Assembly: GCA_946542925.1 (NCBI GenBank)
Contig: CAMNLA010000006.1
Span: forward strand, 19,512 to 83,511
Origin: an uncultured bacterium
GTDB taxonomy: Bacteria > Bacteroidota > Bacteroidia > Bacteroidales > Paludibacteraceae
Direction of reading: 5' to 3'
Length of the DNA: 64,000 nucleotides
Under the pieces are notes generated by a model that was not told the origin of the DNA, ran no database searches, and worked only from the letters and a program-made list of their open reading frames with translations. Made by a program: the position numbers and the translations under genes. This document shows, piece by piece, positions 41,407-50,260 of this stretch (position 1 is the first letter of the stretch; every line of letters starts with the position of its first letter).

Positions 41407-42696
41407 ATGAGACAAATCAGCAAATACACTTCTTCTGTCTGTTGCTTCACAGCAATGTTGGCTTGTACGCTGTTTGCTTTCAATATTCGCGACCCTCATA
41501 ATCCGGATAGCCTGCACGTGAATCTCATGAATTTCACCATGATTCTTTGGATGACTGCTTGGCTGGTGGACATCGCCTTCCGCAAACGTCCCGTTTCGTT
41601 TCACAGACCTGACCCCATCTCCGCTTCTCTTTATCTCGCTGTTCTGCTCGCCTGCTGGATGTTCGCCTCGTTCTTCTGGACCGAGAATCTTGACGACTAT
41701 CTTTCTGTCTTATCAATCCGGTTGCCATTGCTGATCTTGCCTCTGTTGGCTCTGTTCGGCATGCCGAAGGAATTCCGGTTCCGACGGGCCTTGTTCGCTT
41801 TTGCTGTTGGCGTGATTTTCTACTCCATCGCTCTGCTTTTCTTTTCCTGGGATGCGCTCCCCTATAACGAGAAAGATCCTTCCGAACATTTCGTCTGGTA
41901 CTACAACCAATTGCAGCACCGCACTCATTTTGGGGTCTGCCAGATTTTCGCTCTTTCTATTCTTGCTTATCTGCGCCCACAGATTCGCAACCGTCTGCAC
42001 AGCCGGGGGCGCTTTCGCCTCTTTTTTATTTTTTCCTGGCTGGTCGTAATGGCTTCCTTATATTTTTCCGAAGGACGCATGATGCTGGCTGTGGCACTTT
42101 TGATCTCTCTCTCCTTCCTGCTTCGTTTTCTGTGGCTTCACAACTGGAGACGGCTGACCTTCGCCATCCTGCCTCTCTGCGTCATTTTTTCCATCTTGCT
42201 GTTCGCCAACCATCCTCGACTTCAGTTGCGTCATTTCTCCGAACGGGAAATCCAGGCCTTCGAACCACGCTATGACCAATGGCGATGTGCCGTCTTTTGC
42301 ATCCAGGACGAATCTCACAACCTCCTGCTCGGCGAGGGGATAGGAGATGCAACCGATGTCTATAACCACATGCGACACGACAAGACAAGGAGCCATCTCT
42401 TTCACCCTATTTCCGATCCCTATGAGAGTGCCCATAACCAGTTCCTCCAAGGCCAGCTGGAGTACGGACTGATCGGAAGCGTTCTGTTCCTCGCCCTGCT
42501 CGTCTCTTTTCTTTTTTCTGCCCGGGAGTCACACGCTCGCTTCTTTGTCTTTCAGGTCGCTTTTGTCTGGTTCGCTTTGGCTCTGATCGAACAGTTGTTC
42601 AGCAAGAGTCAACCCGTTGACTTGTTCTGTTATTCTCTCCTTTTCTGCTATTGGGTTAAACTGGCAGGTGCGGAGAAACAACAACAGCTTCACTGA
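41407..42696 (+). CDS. O-antigen ligase / polymerase-like (Wzy_C domain) membrane protein
   Basis: 429 aa polytopic protein. It has a loop followed by ESAHNQFLQGQLEYGLIGSVLFLALL, which is typical of the O-antigen ligase family. Confidence 0.7.
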   Translation: MRQISKYTSSVCCFTAMLACTLFAFNIRDPHNPDSLHVNLMNFTMILWMTAWLVDIAFRKRPVSFHRPDPISASLYLAVLLACWMFASFFWTENLDDYLSVLSIRLPLLILPLLALFGMPKEFRFRRALFAFAVGVIFYSIALLFFSWDALPYNEKDPSEHFVWYYNQLQHRTHFGVCQIFALSILAYLRPQIRNRLHSRGRFRLFFIFSWLVVMASLYFSEGRMMLAVALLISLSFLLRFLWLHNWRRLTFAILPLCVIFSILLFANHPRLQLRHFSEREIQAFEPRYDQWRCAVFCIQDESHNLLLGEGIGDATDVYNHMRHDKTRSHLFHPISDPYESAHNQFLQGQLEYGLIGSVLFLALLVSFLFSARESHARFFVFQVAFVWFALALIEQLFSKSQPVDLFCYSLLFCYWVKLAGAEKQQQLH

Positions 42697-42726
42697 TTCT
42701 TTTTGGACCTGTCTTATAGAAAAAAA

Positions 42727-42766
42727 GGAGAAGACTCACACCCTGGAGTGTGAGCCTTCTCTTTTA
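42727..42766. terminator. Bidirectional terminator-like hairpin between the ligase-like gene and pnp
   Basis: The arms ggagaagactcacac (42727-42741) and gtgtgagccttctc (42748-42761) have one mismatch. A-rich sequence lies upstream and ttttat downstream. Confidence 0.6.
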
Positions 42767-42796
42767 TGGAAAAGAATACTTTTCGCCTGATTTCGG

Positions 42797-44929
42797 TTAC
42801 TTCTTTTCTCCGCCCTTTTCCGGACGTGGAAGCAGTACTTTATGCGAAAGTTTGAACTTGCCCGTTTTCTCGTCAATGGCAAGCAGTTTGACGTCAATCT
42901 CATCGCCCTCTTTCAGGCCGGTTTCTTCCATCGTCTCGATGCGACGCCATTCTATTTCCGAAATATGTAGCAAGCCTTCCTTGCCTGGCATGATCTCTAC
43001 GAAACAACCATACGGCATGATACTCTTCACCTTCGAGTGATAGACCTCTCCAACCTCTGGTACTGCCACAATGGCACGGATACGGGCAATAGCCCCGTCC
43101 ATCGATTCCTTGCTCGTAGCGGCCACTTCCACACGACCACAGTCATCCGTCTCTTCGATCGATACCGTAGCACCAGTCTCTGCCTGTATGCCTTGGATGA
43201 TCTTTCCGCCCGGGCCTATGACAGCTCCGATGAATTCCTTAGGTATGTTCAGCACTTCAATGCGTGGTGCATGAGGCTTCAGGTCTGCACGTGGCTCTGC
43301 GATTGTTTCCGTAATCTTGCTCAGAATATGCAGACGTCCCTCGCGCGCCTGTGCCAAGGCTTTCTCCAGGATTTCATACGACAGACCGTCCACCTTGATG
43401 TCCATCTGTGTGGCTGTGATACCGTCCTTTGTTCCTGTTACCTTGAAGTCCATGTCGCCCAAGTGATCCTCGTCACCGAGAATATCGCTCAACACCGCAT
43501 ACTTCGTTGCTTTGTTCTCCGATATTAATCCCATGGCAACTCCGGCAACAGGCTTTTTGATCTTCACTCCAGCATCCATCAAGGCCAAGGTTCCGGCACA
43601 TACCGTTGCCATTGACGAAGAGCCGTTGCTCTCCATGATGTCACTCACCACACGGACTACGTAAGGATAGTCTTCCGGTATCATGTTCTTCAACGCACGC
43701 ATTGCCAAATGGCCGTGACCGATTTCTCGACGGCCGATACCGCGTTGCGGACGTGCTTCGCCCGTACAGAATGGCGGGAAATTATAATGCAACAGGAAAC
43801 GGTCTGTGCCTTGGATCAGAGGCTCGTCTATGAGCTTCTCATCCTGCTTCGTTCCCAATGTGACGGTCGTCAGAGACTGGGTCTCTCCACGGGTGAAGAT
43901 CGCACTTCCGTGAGGACCCGGCAGGTAGCCTACCTCACACCAGATTGGACGAATCTCGTTCAGTTTCCGACCGTCCAGGCGCTTGCCCTCGTCCAGCACA
44001 CAACGCCTCATCGCCTCTTTCTCCACATCATGATAGTAGCGGTCGATCAGCGCTCCCTTCTCCTCCAGTTCCTCCTCGCTGTACTGCGCTTTGAACTCGT
44101 CGCAGATGGCGCTGAAGCCTTCTTCTCTCTTGTGCTTGTCTGCACATGCCGATGCCGCCATGGCATACGCCTTGTCGTAACATTCTGCATGCACCTTCTC
44201 GCGTAATTCTTCGTCATTCTCTTCCTGACAGTATTCACGCTTTGCCTTGCCCACTTCCGCCATGAGCTCTATCTGCGCCTGACACTGTATCTTGATGGCA
44301 TCATGAGCCGCCTTCATGGCACCAAGCAAATCTGCCTCGCTCACTTCCTTCATCTCTCCCTCCACCATCATGATATTATCCATCGTCGCAGCCACCATGA
44401 TATCCATGTCGGCCTTCTCCAACTGAGCATAGGTAGGATTGATGACGTATTCTCCGTCAATGCGGGCTACTCGCACCTCCGATATTGGGCATTCAAACGG
44501 AACGTCACTCACGGCGATTGCCGCACTCGCAGCCAGACCGGCCAACGCATCCGGCATGTCAATGCCGTCGCTCGAGAACAGCGTGACCGTTACGAAGGTC
44601 TCTGCATGATAATCGCTCGGGAACAATGGACGTAGCGCACGGTCCACCAGACGCGAAATGAGGATTTCATAGTCATCAGGACGACCCTCGCGACGCGTAA
44701 ACCCGCCCGGGAAGCGACCTGCCGAAGCAAACTTCTCTTTATAATCTACTGACAATGGCATGAAGTCCGTTCCAGGAACGGCCTCCTTTGCCGAACATAC
44801 CGTTGCGAGCAACATCGTGTTGCCCATGCGCACCATTACGCTGCCGTCGGCCTGCTTGGCCAGTTTCCCGGTCTCGATTGTAATGGTTCGTCCATCACCC
44901 ATTGTGATGGTCTTCGTAATTACATTCAT
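42797..44929 (-). CDS. pnp: Polynucleotide phosphorylase
   Basis: 710 aa with two RNase PH domains ([15 protein letters not shown]), a KH domain ([21 protein letters not shown]) and an S1 domain ([32 protein letters not shown]). Confidence 0.97.
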   Translation of the reverse strand: MNVITKTITMGDGRTITIETGKLAKQADGSVMVRMGNTMLLATVCSAKEAVPGTDFMPLSVDYKEKFASAGRFPGGFTRREGRPDDYEILISRLVDRALRPLFPSDYHAETFVTVTLFSSDGIDMPDALAGLAASAAIAVSDVPFECPISEVRVARIDGEYVINPTYAQLEKADMDIMVAATMDNIMMVEGEMKEVSEADLLGAMKAAHDAIKIQCQAQIELMAEVGKAKREYCQEENDEELREKVHAECYDKAYAMAASACADKHKREEGFSAICDEFKAQYSEEELEEKGALIDRYYHDVEKEAMRRCVLDEGKRLDGRKLNEIRPIWCEVGYLPGPHGSAIFTRGETQSLTTVTLGTKQDEKLIDEPLIQGTDRFLLHYNFPPFCTGEARPQRGIGRREIGHGHLAMRALKNMIPEDYPYVVRVVSDIMESNGSSSMATVCAGTLALMDAGVKIKKPVAGVAMGLISENKATKYAVLSDILGDEDHLGDMDFKVTGTKDGITATQMDIKVDGLSYEILEKALAQAREGRLHILSKITETIAEPRADLKPHAPRIEVLNIPKEFIGAVIGPGGKIIQGIQAETGATVSIEETDDCGRVEVAATSKESMDGAIARIRAIVAVPEVGEVYHSKVKSIMPYGCFVEIMPGKEGLLHISEIEWRRIETMEETGLKEGDEIDVKLLAIDEKTGKFKLSHKVLLPRPEKGGEKK

Positions 44930-44973
44930 TTTTTAAACTGTACTATTTATTATTATAGAATCTTTTACTCTCA

Positions 44974-46281
44974 CTATTTCAAACGCTGCAGGAGGAACGA
45001 CTTGAAGTCGCCGAACTCCTTGCTCAGCGGCTCACTCTGTTTTGTCCCTCGCATGAACGCCTGCAGGCGTTCCGGTATCTCGAACTGCTCGCCCGTAATC
45101 TCCTCCACCTTCTCCAGAAATTTCGTCGGGTGGGCCGTCTCCAGAAAGACGCCGGTCTCTCCCGGCTTCAATCCTGCTTCCAGCGCACCGTAACCGCAGG
45201 CTCCGTGAGGATCCAGCAGGTATCCCGTCTCTCTATAGCAGCGGCGGATGGTCTCGGCAATCTCCTCGTCTCCGAAACGCGCTCCGCTGATGTCGCTGCG
45301 GATAGCCTCAATGTCCTGACCGTAAAGAGCAAGAACGCGGGCAAAATTGCTCGGATCACCCACGTCCATGGCGTTCGCCAGCGTCTGTACCGACGGACGG
45401 GGATTGTACTGACCCGTCTGAAGGTACTCGTAGAACACGTCATTGGAGTTGTTCGATGCTATGAAACGCTTCACAGGAAGACCCATCTTCTTTCCGAACA
45501 GGCCTGCCGTGATATTGCCGAAGTTGCCGCTCGGCACGCAGATCACCACCTCCTTGCCCGGCTCCAGTTTCTTCATCTGGGCATATGCGTAGAAGTAATA
45601 AAACGACTGGGGCAGGAAGCGCGCCACATTAATGGAGTTGGCGGATGTCAGCTTGTGCTTTGCATTGAGTTCTGGATCCATGAACGCATTCTTCACCAAT
45701 GCCTGACAGTCATCGAAGGTGCCGTCCACCTCAATGGCCGTAATATTCTTTCCCAATGTTGTGAACTGACATTCCTGTATCGGACTCACCTTGCCTTTCG
45801 GATACAAGACGAAGACTTGGATACCATCTACTCCCAGGAATCCGTTTGCCACCGCACTGCCCGTATCTCCACTTGTCGCAACCAGTACGTTCACTTCCTT
45901 GGCACCCTCCTTCCGGACGAAGTAGCCCAGCAGGCGGCTCATGAAACGCGCTCCTACGTCCTTAAACGCCAGCGTCGGACCGTGGAACAGCTCCAGAGAA
46001 TAGATGTTCTCCTTCACCTTCACCGCCGGAACGTCAAAACTCAGCGTATCACAGACAATCTGCTTCAGACTCTCGGCTTCGACGTCTTCGCCGAAAAAGG
46101 CATCCGCCACCGTATAGGCAATCTCATGGAAACTTTTTGTCTCGATGGTGTCATAAAAGGACTTCGGCAACTGCTTGATGCTCTCCGGCATATACAATCC
46201 CTTGTCTGGGGCCAGACCCTTGACCACGGCTTCTTCCAGTGTCGCCTTGGCTGCCTTGCCGTTTGTACTGTAGTATTTCAT
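44974..46281 (-). CDS. thrC: Threonine synthase
   Basis: PLP-lysine motif FHGPTLAFKDVGARF. The N-terminus MKYYSTNGK... is typical. The ORF-track start at 46344 adds 21 atypical residues, so I use the internal Met at 46281. Confidence 0.93.
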   Translation of the reverse strand: MKYYSTNGKAAKATLEEAVVKGLAPDKGLYMPESIKQLPKSFYDTIETKSFHEIAYTVADAFFGEDVEAESLKQIVCDTLSFDVPAVKVKENIYSLELFHGPTLAFKDVGARFMSRLLGYFVRKEGAKEVNVLVATSGDTGSAVANGFLGVDGIQVFVLYPKGKVSPIQECQFTTLGKNITAIEVDGTFDDCQALVKNAFMDPELNAKHKLTSANSINVARFLPQSFYYFYAYAQMKKLEPGKEVVICVPSGNFGNITAGLFGKKMGLPVKRFIASNNSNDVFYEYLQTGQYNPRPSVQTLANAMDVGDPSNFARVLALYGQDIEAIRSDISGARFGDEEIAETIRRCYRETGYLLDPHGACGYGALEAGLKPGETGVFLETAHPTKFLEKVEEITGEQFEIPERLQAFMRGTKQSEPLSKEFGDFKSFLLQRLK

Positions 46282-46324
46282 TGCTCTTGGGATTATCTGT
46301 TTTCGTTTTCTTGATTTTAGACTT

Positions 46325-47611
46325 CTACGAGTGCGAACTTCCACCCGACAGCTTCTTCTTCATCTGACTCTTCCACCTGCGGTACGACACTTTGATGGCG
46401 CTCGTCTGAGTCAGCTCATTCATGAATTCCGCTCCATACAACTCTCCGTAGGAACCCGACTTGCAACTCTCCTCATCATATTTCTTCACGTCATCTGCCT
46501 TCTCTCCTGGACGGTAGATCAGGAACGGAACCGCCTGATTCGAGTGAGTTCGCGTGCGGCAGAACGTTGGATGGTCCGGAAGAATCGCTATTGTCACCGG
46601 ATCGTCCTTCCATTTGCTCACCTCCTCGTAGATAGGCTTGACAGCTCGCTCTTCCAGATATTCGATGGTTTTCTTTTTCAACTCGGCGTTGCCGTCATGA
46701 CCGGCCTCGTCGCTCGCCTCGATGTGAAGGAAGACAAAGTCATTCTCGCGCAAGGCCTCTATCGTCGCCTGAGCCTTACCCTCATAATTGGTGTCAGACA
46801 GACCGGTGGCTCCCTCCACGTTGATGATTCGCAGACCCGCATAGGCTCCGATTCCCTTGATTAGGTCCACCGCCGATATCACAGCTCCGTTACGGAAATC
46901 ATAGGTTTCCAGCAAGGTCTCCATCTGAGGACGATAACCCGCCGACCATGGCCAGATGCTGTTCGCCTTATCCTTCCCCTCGGCGGCTCGCTTCACGTTG
47001 ATAGGGTGATTTTCCAACAACTCCTGCGAACGGATAATCAAGTCGTTTAGCAGATCTGCCGTCTCCTGTGCCTCTGCCGTCTCCGGCTTCACCAGCACAT
47101 CCTTCCACGGCGTTCCTGGCACGTTATGTGGCGGCGTGCAGGACAAAGACTTATTGCCGCCTTTCACTATCAGCAAATGACGGTAACTGACTCCAGGATA
47201 AAACGTCACCTTGTCACTACCCAGTTCCTTGTTCAGGTAGGCGATAAGTTCTTTCGCCTCTCCGTCACTGATGTGACCCGCGCTGTGATTCTTGATCTTG
47301 CCGTCTTCGATACAGATTAGGTTACAGCGCATCGCCATCTCATTCTTCAGGATCGGGATCCCCATACTCGCTGCTTCCAGCGAACCGCGGCCTTCGAACA
47401 CCTTCGGCACGTCATAGCCCAACAGCGACAGATGCGCAATCTCACTCCCTGGCTCATAGCCGTCCGGCACCGTATGCAACAGGCCACAACGACCCTTGGA
47501 TGCCAGGAGGTCCATCGTGGGAGTCGATGCCGCCTGAAGCGGGGTCTTTCCGCCCAACGATGCGATCGGCTCATCCGCCATTCCGTCTCCCAGGATAATC
47601 AGGTATTTCAT
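46325..47611 (-). CDS. Cofactor-independent phosphoglycerate mutase homologue (ApgM type, alkaline phosphatase superfamily); in thr-cluster context probably a homoserine kinase analogue
   Basis: MKYLIILGDGMADEP...TPTMD..., later PDHPT. I use the ATG at 47611, because the ORF-track extension to 47740 would overlap the upstream DHH gene. It lies immediately upstream of thrC. Confidence 0.8.
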   Translation of the reverse strand: MKYLIILGDGMADEPIASLGGKTPLQAASTPTMDLLASKGRCGLLHTVPDGYEPGSEIAHLSLLGYDVPKVFEGRGSLEAASMGIPILKNEMAMRCNLICIEDGKIKNHSAGHISDGEAKELIAYLNKELGSDKVTFYPGVSYRHLLIVKGGNKSLSCTPPHNVPGTPWKDVLVKPETAEAQETADLLNDLIIRSQELLENHPINVKRAAEGKDKANSIWPWSAGYRPQMETLLETYDFRNGAVISAVDLIKGIGAYAGLRIINVEGATGLSDTNYEGKAQATIEALRENDFVFLHIEASDEAGHDGNAELKKKTIEYLEERAVKPIYEEVSKWKDDPVTIAILPDHPTFCRTRTHSNQAVPFLIYRPGEKADDVKKYDEESCKSGSYGELYGAEFMNELTQTSAIKVSYRRWKSQMKKKLSGGSSHS

Positions 47612-47615
47612 TTCT

Positions 47616-48683
47616 TTATCTTGAATATGTTTTTTCTGTTTCTTGTTTACGATAGGATTCCACATACGATGGCAGAGCTGCTTCCAGACGCGACACCACC
47701 TCTTCCAGAGTTTCCGTATAGCTTTCTCCGCCTGCCGCATTCTTGTGACCGCCGCCGCCGAATAGGTCTTCCGCTATCTCGTTCACCGCAAAGTCTCCCT
47801 GCGAACGGAGCGAGACCTTTATCTTGTCCGCATCCTCACTCACGAAGGCCGAGACGAAAATCCCCTCTATCTCCATCGGCTTGTTCACATATCCCTCCGT
47901 GTCTCCCTTCTGATATTTATACGTCTGCTTCTCCGTCAGCGACAACGACGTAATAGCCGCACCTGTCTCCGGATACAGCCTCATCTTCTCCGACAGCAGA
48001 TAACCCGTCAGGCGAAGGCGGCTCTCACAGTTGTTGCAGTTCACGTCCCGATAAATCTGTTCCTTGTCGATTCCTCTCTCCATCAGGTCCGCTATGATAT
48101 AGTACAGTTCCTTGTCATTGCAACTGTACGTGAAATTCCCCGTATCTGTCATCATGCCTGTGTATATACAGCGCGCCACATCCCTCGTGAGACGGTCTTC
48201 CATTCCCGCCGTCACCAGCAGACGGTACACCAGCTCACACGTGGACGAGGCCTCCGGAACCGAAATACACAACGTCCAATCCTTCGTTGGATACAGATGA
48301 TGATCCAGCAACATCTTTCGGGCTCCTGATCTCTCAATGTCCTCCTCTATCTGACCTGCGCGACTCGGAGTGTTGAAGTCCAGACACAACAGCAGATCCG
48401 CCTTCTCGATTATCTCGCGCACCTTTTCTTTCATCGACTTGTACACCGTTGACTCTCCCACCCCGGGCATCCAGCGGAAAAATCCCGGGTACGCATCCGG
48501 ATACACCACCTGCGCGTCCTTCCCCATCTGCTTCAGCACGTGCCACATCGCCAGCGTTGAGCCCATCGCATCCCCGTCCGGACCTGTATGACCCAGCAAT
48601 ACAATGTGCTCCGACGACTCCATCAGGCGGCGCGCCGCCATGGCTTCCTCCGGGGTGATTACGTCTCGTAACGGTATCTTCAT
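47616..48683 (-). CDS. DHH/DHHA1 phosphoesterase (NrnA-like oligoribonuclease / pAp phosphatase)
   Basis: Motifs LLGHTGPDGDAMGS, LLDHHLY and GGGHKNAAGG. Confidence 0.9.
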   Translation of the reverse strand: MKIPLRDVITPEEAMAARRLMESSEHIVLLGHTGPDGDAMGSTLAMWHVLKQMGKDAQVVYPDAYPGFFRWMPGVGESTVYKSMKEKVREIIEKADLLLCLDFNTPSRAGQIEEDIERSGARKMLLDHHLYPTKDWTLCISVPEASSTCELVYRLLVTAGMEDRLTRDVARCIYTGMMTDTGNFTYSCNDKELYYIIADLMERGIDKEQIYRDVNCNNCESRLRLTGYLLSEKMRLYPETGAAITSLSLTEKQTYKYQKGDTEGYVNKPMEIEGIFVSAFVSEDADKIKVSLRSQGDFAVNEIAEDLFGGGGHKNAAGGESYTETLEEVVSRLEAALPSYVESYRKQETEKTYSR

Positions 48684-48739
48684 CTTTTCTCTTGTCCCAT
48701 CCGGCAGGTCCTTCCGCCCGCACGTTCCGATGGAATTTG

Positions 48740-48747
48740 CAAAAGTA
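48740..48747 (-). promoter_or_regulatory. Candidate -7 promoter element (TACTTTTG) for the DHH-apgM-thrC gene string
   Basis: The reverse complement of caaaagta (48740-48747) matches TAnnTTTG. It lies 57 nt upstream of the ATG at 48683, between the gene and the polypurine tract. Confidence 0.35.
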
Positions 48748-48780
48748 CGAATAATTTACCGACCAATCACCATGATTGAC

Positions 48781-49137
48781 CCTCTTTGTGCCCTCCATCT
48801 CCGTCCCACACACTCTCTGTCACCAACTCTTCCCTCCGATTATCCTTCCCTCCAACCATCCTCCTCTCCTACGCTTTGTCTCTCACAGCCTCTTCGCTGG
48901 ACCACAGGTATTCCCTCCCCCCTTTGTCTCCCTCTCCCTCTCCTGATCATCATTCATCCTCGAATCCTGCCGATCGCATCCTTTCTCTCCTCCTTGTCAT
49001 ACATCCTTCTCTCGCGCCCTCCCCTCTCTGCTCATTCTCTGAATCCCTCCTGTTCCATTTCCTCGTCCCCCCCCCCAAAAAAAACACACAGCCTCCTCCA
49101 TGCTCTTCCTGCTCTCTCTTTACCCCTTCTCTGCACT
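48781..49137 (-). repeat. Polypyrimidine (+ strand) / polypurine (- strand) tract of about 355 nt, part 2 of composite element B
   Basis: My hand count of 48781-48880 gives 7 G and 13 A in 100 nt, about 80% pyrimidine on the + strand. The pattern continues by eye to about 49137. The only ORFs are P/S/L-rich translations of the tract. Confidence 0.8.
49067..49084. repeat. Homopolymer pair C10 then A8 inside the polypyrimidine tract
   Basis: Read directly: cctcgt cccccccccc aaaaaaaa cacaca. The C run is 49067-49076 and the A run is 49077-49084. Confidence 0.9.
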
Positions 49138-49330
49138 TATAGAATAGATGATGAATAGTTGATGCATAGAGGAAGCATAGATGAAATATTGATAAGACAT
49201 AGTTAAAACATACTTAAAGCATAGATAAAACATAGATATAGTATAGATAACATATAGATAAAACATATATAAGACATACATGACTCATATATAAGGCACT
49301 GATAAAACAATATATCTCCACTATCTACCC
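49138..49330 (-). repeat. Degenerate AT-rich ATAGATA-type short repeats, part 1 of composite element B (inverted relative to element A)
   Basis: ...gcatagaggaagcatagatgaaat...gacatagttaaaacatacttaaagcatagataaaacatagatatagtatagataacatatagataaaacatatataagacataca... 49231-49246 (catagatatagtatag) is the exact reverse complement of 8533-8548. Confidence 0.8.
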
Positions 49331-49375
49331 ACTCCCGTCCTTCCATTGCCCCTTCCGGTTCGTGTTCTTTTTTGC

Positions 49376-49383
49376 TATCTTTG
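49376..49383 (+). promoter_or_regulatory. Candidate -7 promoter element (TATCTTTG) for the YgjP-like gene
   Basis: Matches TAnnTTTG. It lies 39 nt upstream of the ATG at 49422. Confidence 0.35.
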
Positions 49384-49421
49384 AACTGCTTTTTACTGTA
49401 CACGAATTTCATACTTCTTTG

Positions 49422-50135
49422 ATGGACGAGGTTCTGGACGACGAAGAATTTGGAGAAATAGATATCGTGGTCAATCAACGTGCACGCAGTCTTCGGCTGC
49501 GTTTCGTTGATGGACGGCTTCGTGCCACCCTTCCTCCTTGGGCTTCTGAACACGATTTACGCCTTTTCATCGATGAAGTTCGGCCTCGACTGCAGAAGAT
49601 GATCGAGAAGATCCATTCCGAGGAAGCCTCCCTTGTCATTGACCAAGACCACCCCCTTCAGACCCTCAGTTTCATCACGAACCTCTCTCGTTCAAACACG
49701 CACAAGTCCATCTACTATCGACTCGCCGATGGAGTACTTTACATCGAGGTGCCCGAACGGCTCCAAATCCTCAGCCCCGAAGTTCAGCAACGCATCAAGG
49801 CTGGGGTCGAACATTTTATGCGCATCGAAGCAAAACGTCTCCTGCCTCCGCGACTCCAACGTCTTGCTGCTCAATGGGGCTTCCGCTTTTCCGATGTCAA
49901 GATTCAGTCATCCAAGACTCGCTGGGGTAGCTGCAATTCCCGACGCAACATCAACCTCTCTCTCTACTTGCTTCTACTTCCTCCCAATCTGATCGACTCT
50001 GTTCTGCTCCACGAACTCTGCCATACTGTCGAGATGAATCATGGCCCTCGCTTCTGGGCTCTCATGGACAAGGTCACGCAGGGCAATGCTCAGCAACTGC
50101 GACGCGAAATACGGCGACACAGATGCCGACTGTAA
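49422..50135 (+). CDS. YgjP-like (DUF45 / M48-like) zinc metallohydrolase
   Basis: HEXXH in HELCHTVEMNHGPRFW, preceded by KTRWGSCNSRRNINLSLYLL. The start is placed at the internal MDEVLDDEEFGEIDIVV. Confidence 0.8.
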   Translation: MDEVLDDEEFGEIDIVVNQRARSLRLRFVDGRLRATLPPWASEHDLRLFIDEVRPRLQKMIEKIHSEEASLVIDQDHPLQTLSFITNLSRSNTHKSIYYRLADGVLYIEVPERLQILSPEVQQRIKAGVEHFMRIEAKRLLPPRLQRLAAQWGFRFSDVKIQSSKTRWGSCNSRRNINLSLYLLLLPPNLIDSVLLHELCHTVEMNHGPRFWALMDKVTQGNAQQLRREIRRHRCRL

Positions 50136-50203
50136 AAAAACAGACGACCTTCTCGCGGCGACCCTTTTTCTCGTTTCCACTCCGTTTTTTGGAAAGATTT
50201 CCT

Positions 50204-50211
50204 TAACTTTG
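50204..50211 (+). promoter_or_regulatory. Candidate -7 promoter element (TAACTTTG) for the REC-PPDK_N gene
   Basis: Matches TAnnTTTG. It lies 50 nt upstream of the ATG at 50261. Confidence 0.35.
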
Positions 50212-50260
50212 AATCTCTATCATACGGTCTCCCTGCTAAACCACACAACACGATGCGTCT

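Noticed and set aside
45130-46314. 394-aa ORF on the + strand, almost fully antisense to thrC
   Set aside because: It lies opposite a gene with unmistakable threonine synthase motifs. Its translation is Arg/Leu/His-rich with no recognisable domain. Such shadow ORFs are expected in GC-richer, codon-biased DNA.
48604-49158. Pro/Ser/Leu-rich ORFs of 184 aa and 118 aa across the polypyrimidine tract
   Set aside because: They are direct translations of a CT-rich low-complexity tract. There is no plausible start context or domain. One of them begins inside the DHH gene on the opposite strand.
50136-50200. Terminator hairpin between the YgjP-like gene and the 1252-aa gene
   Set aside because: The GC-rich stretch gacgaccttctcgcggcgaccc followed by ttttt looked terminator-like, but I could not pair it into a convincing stem.
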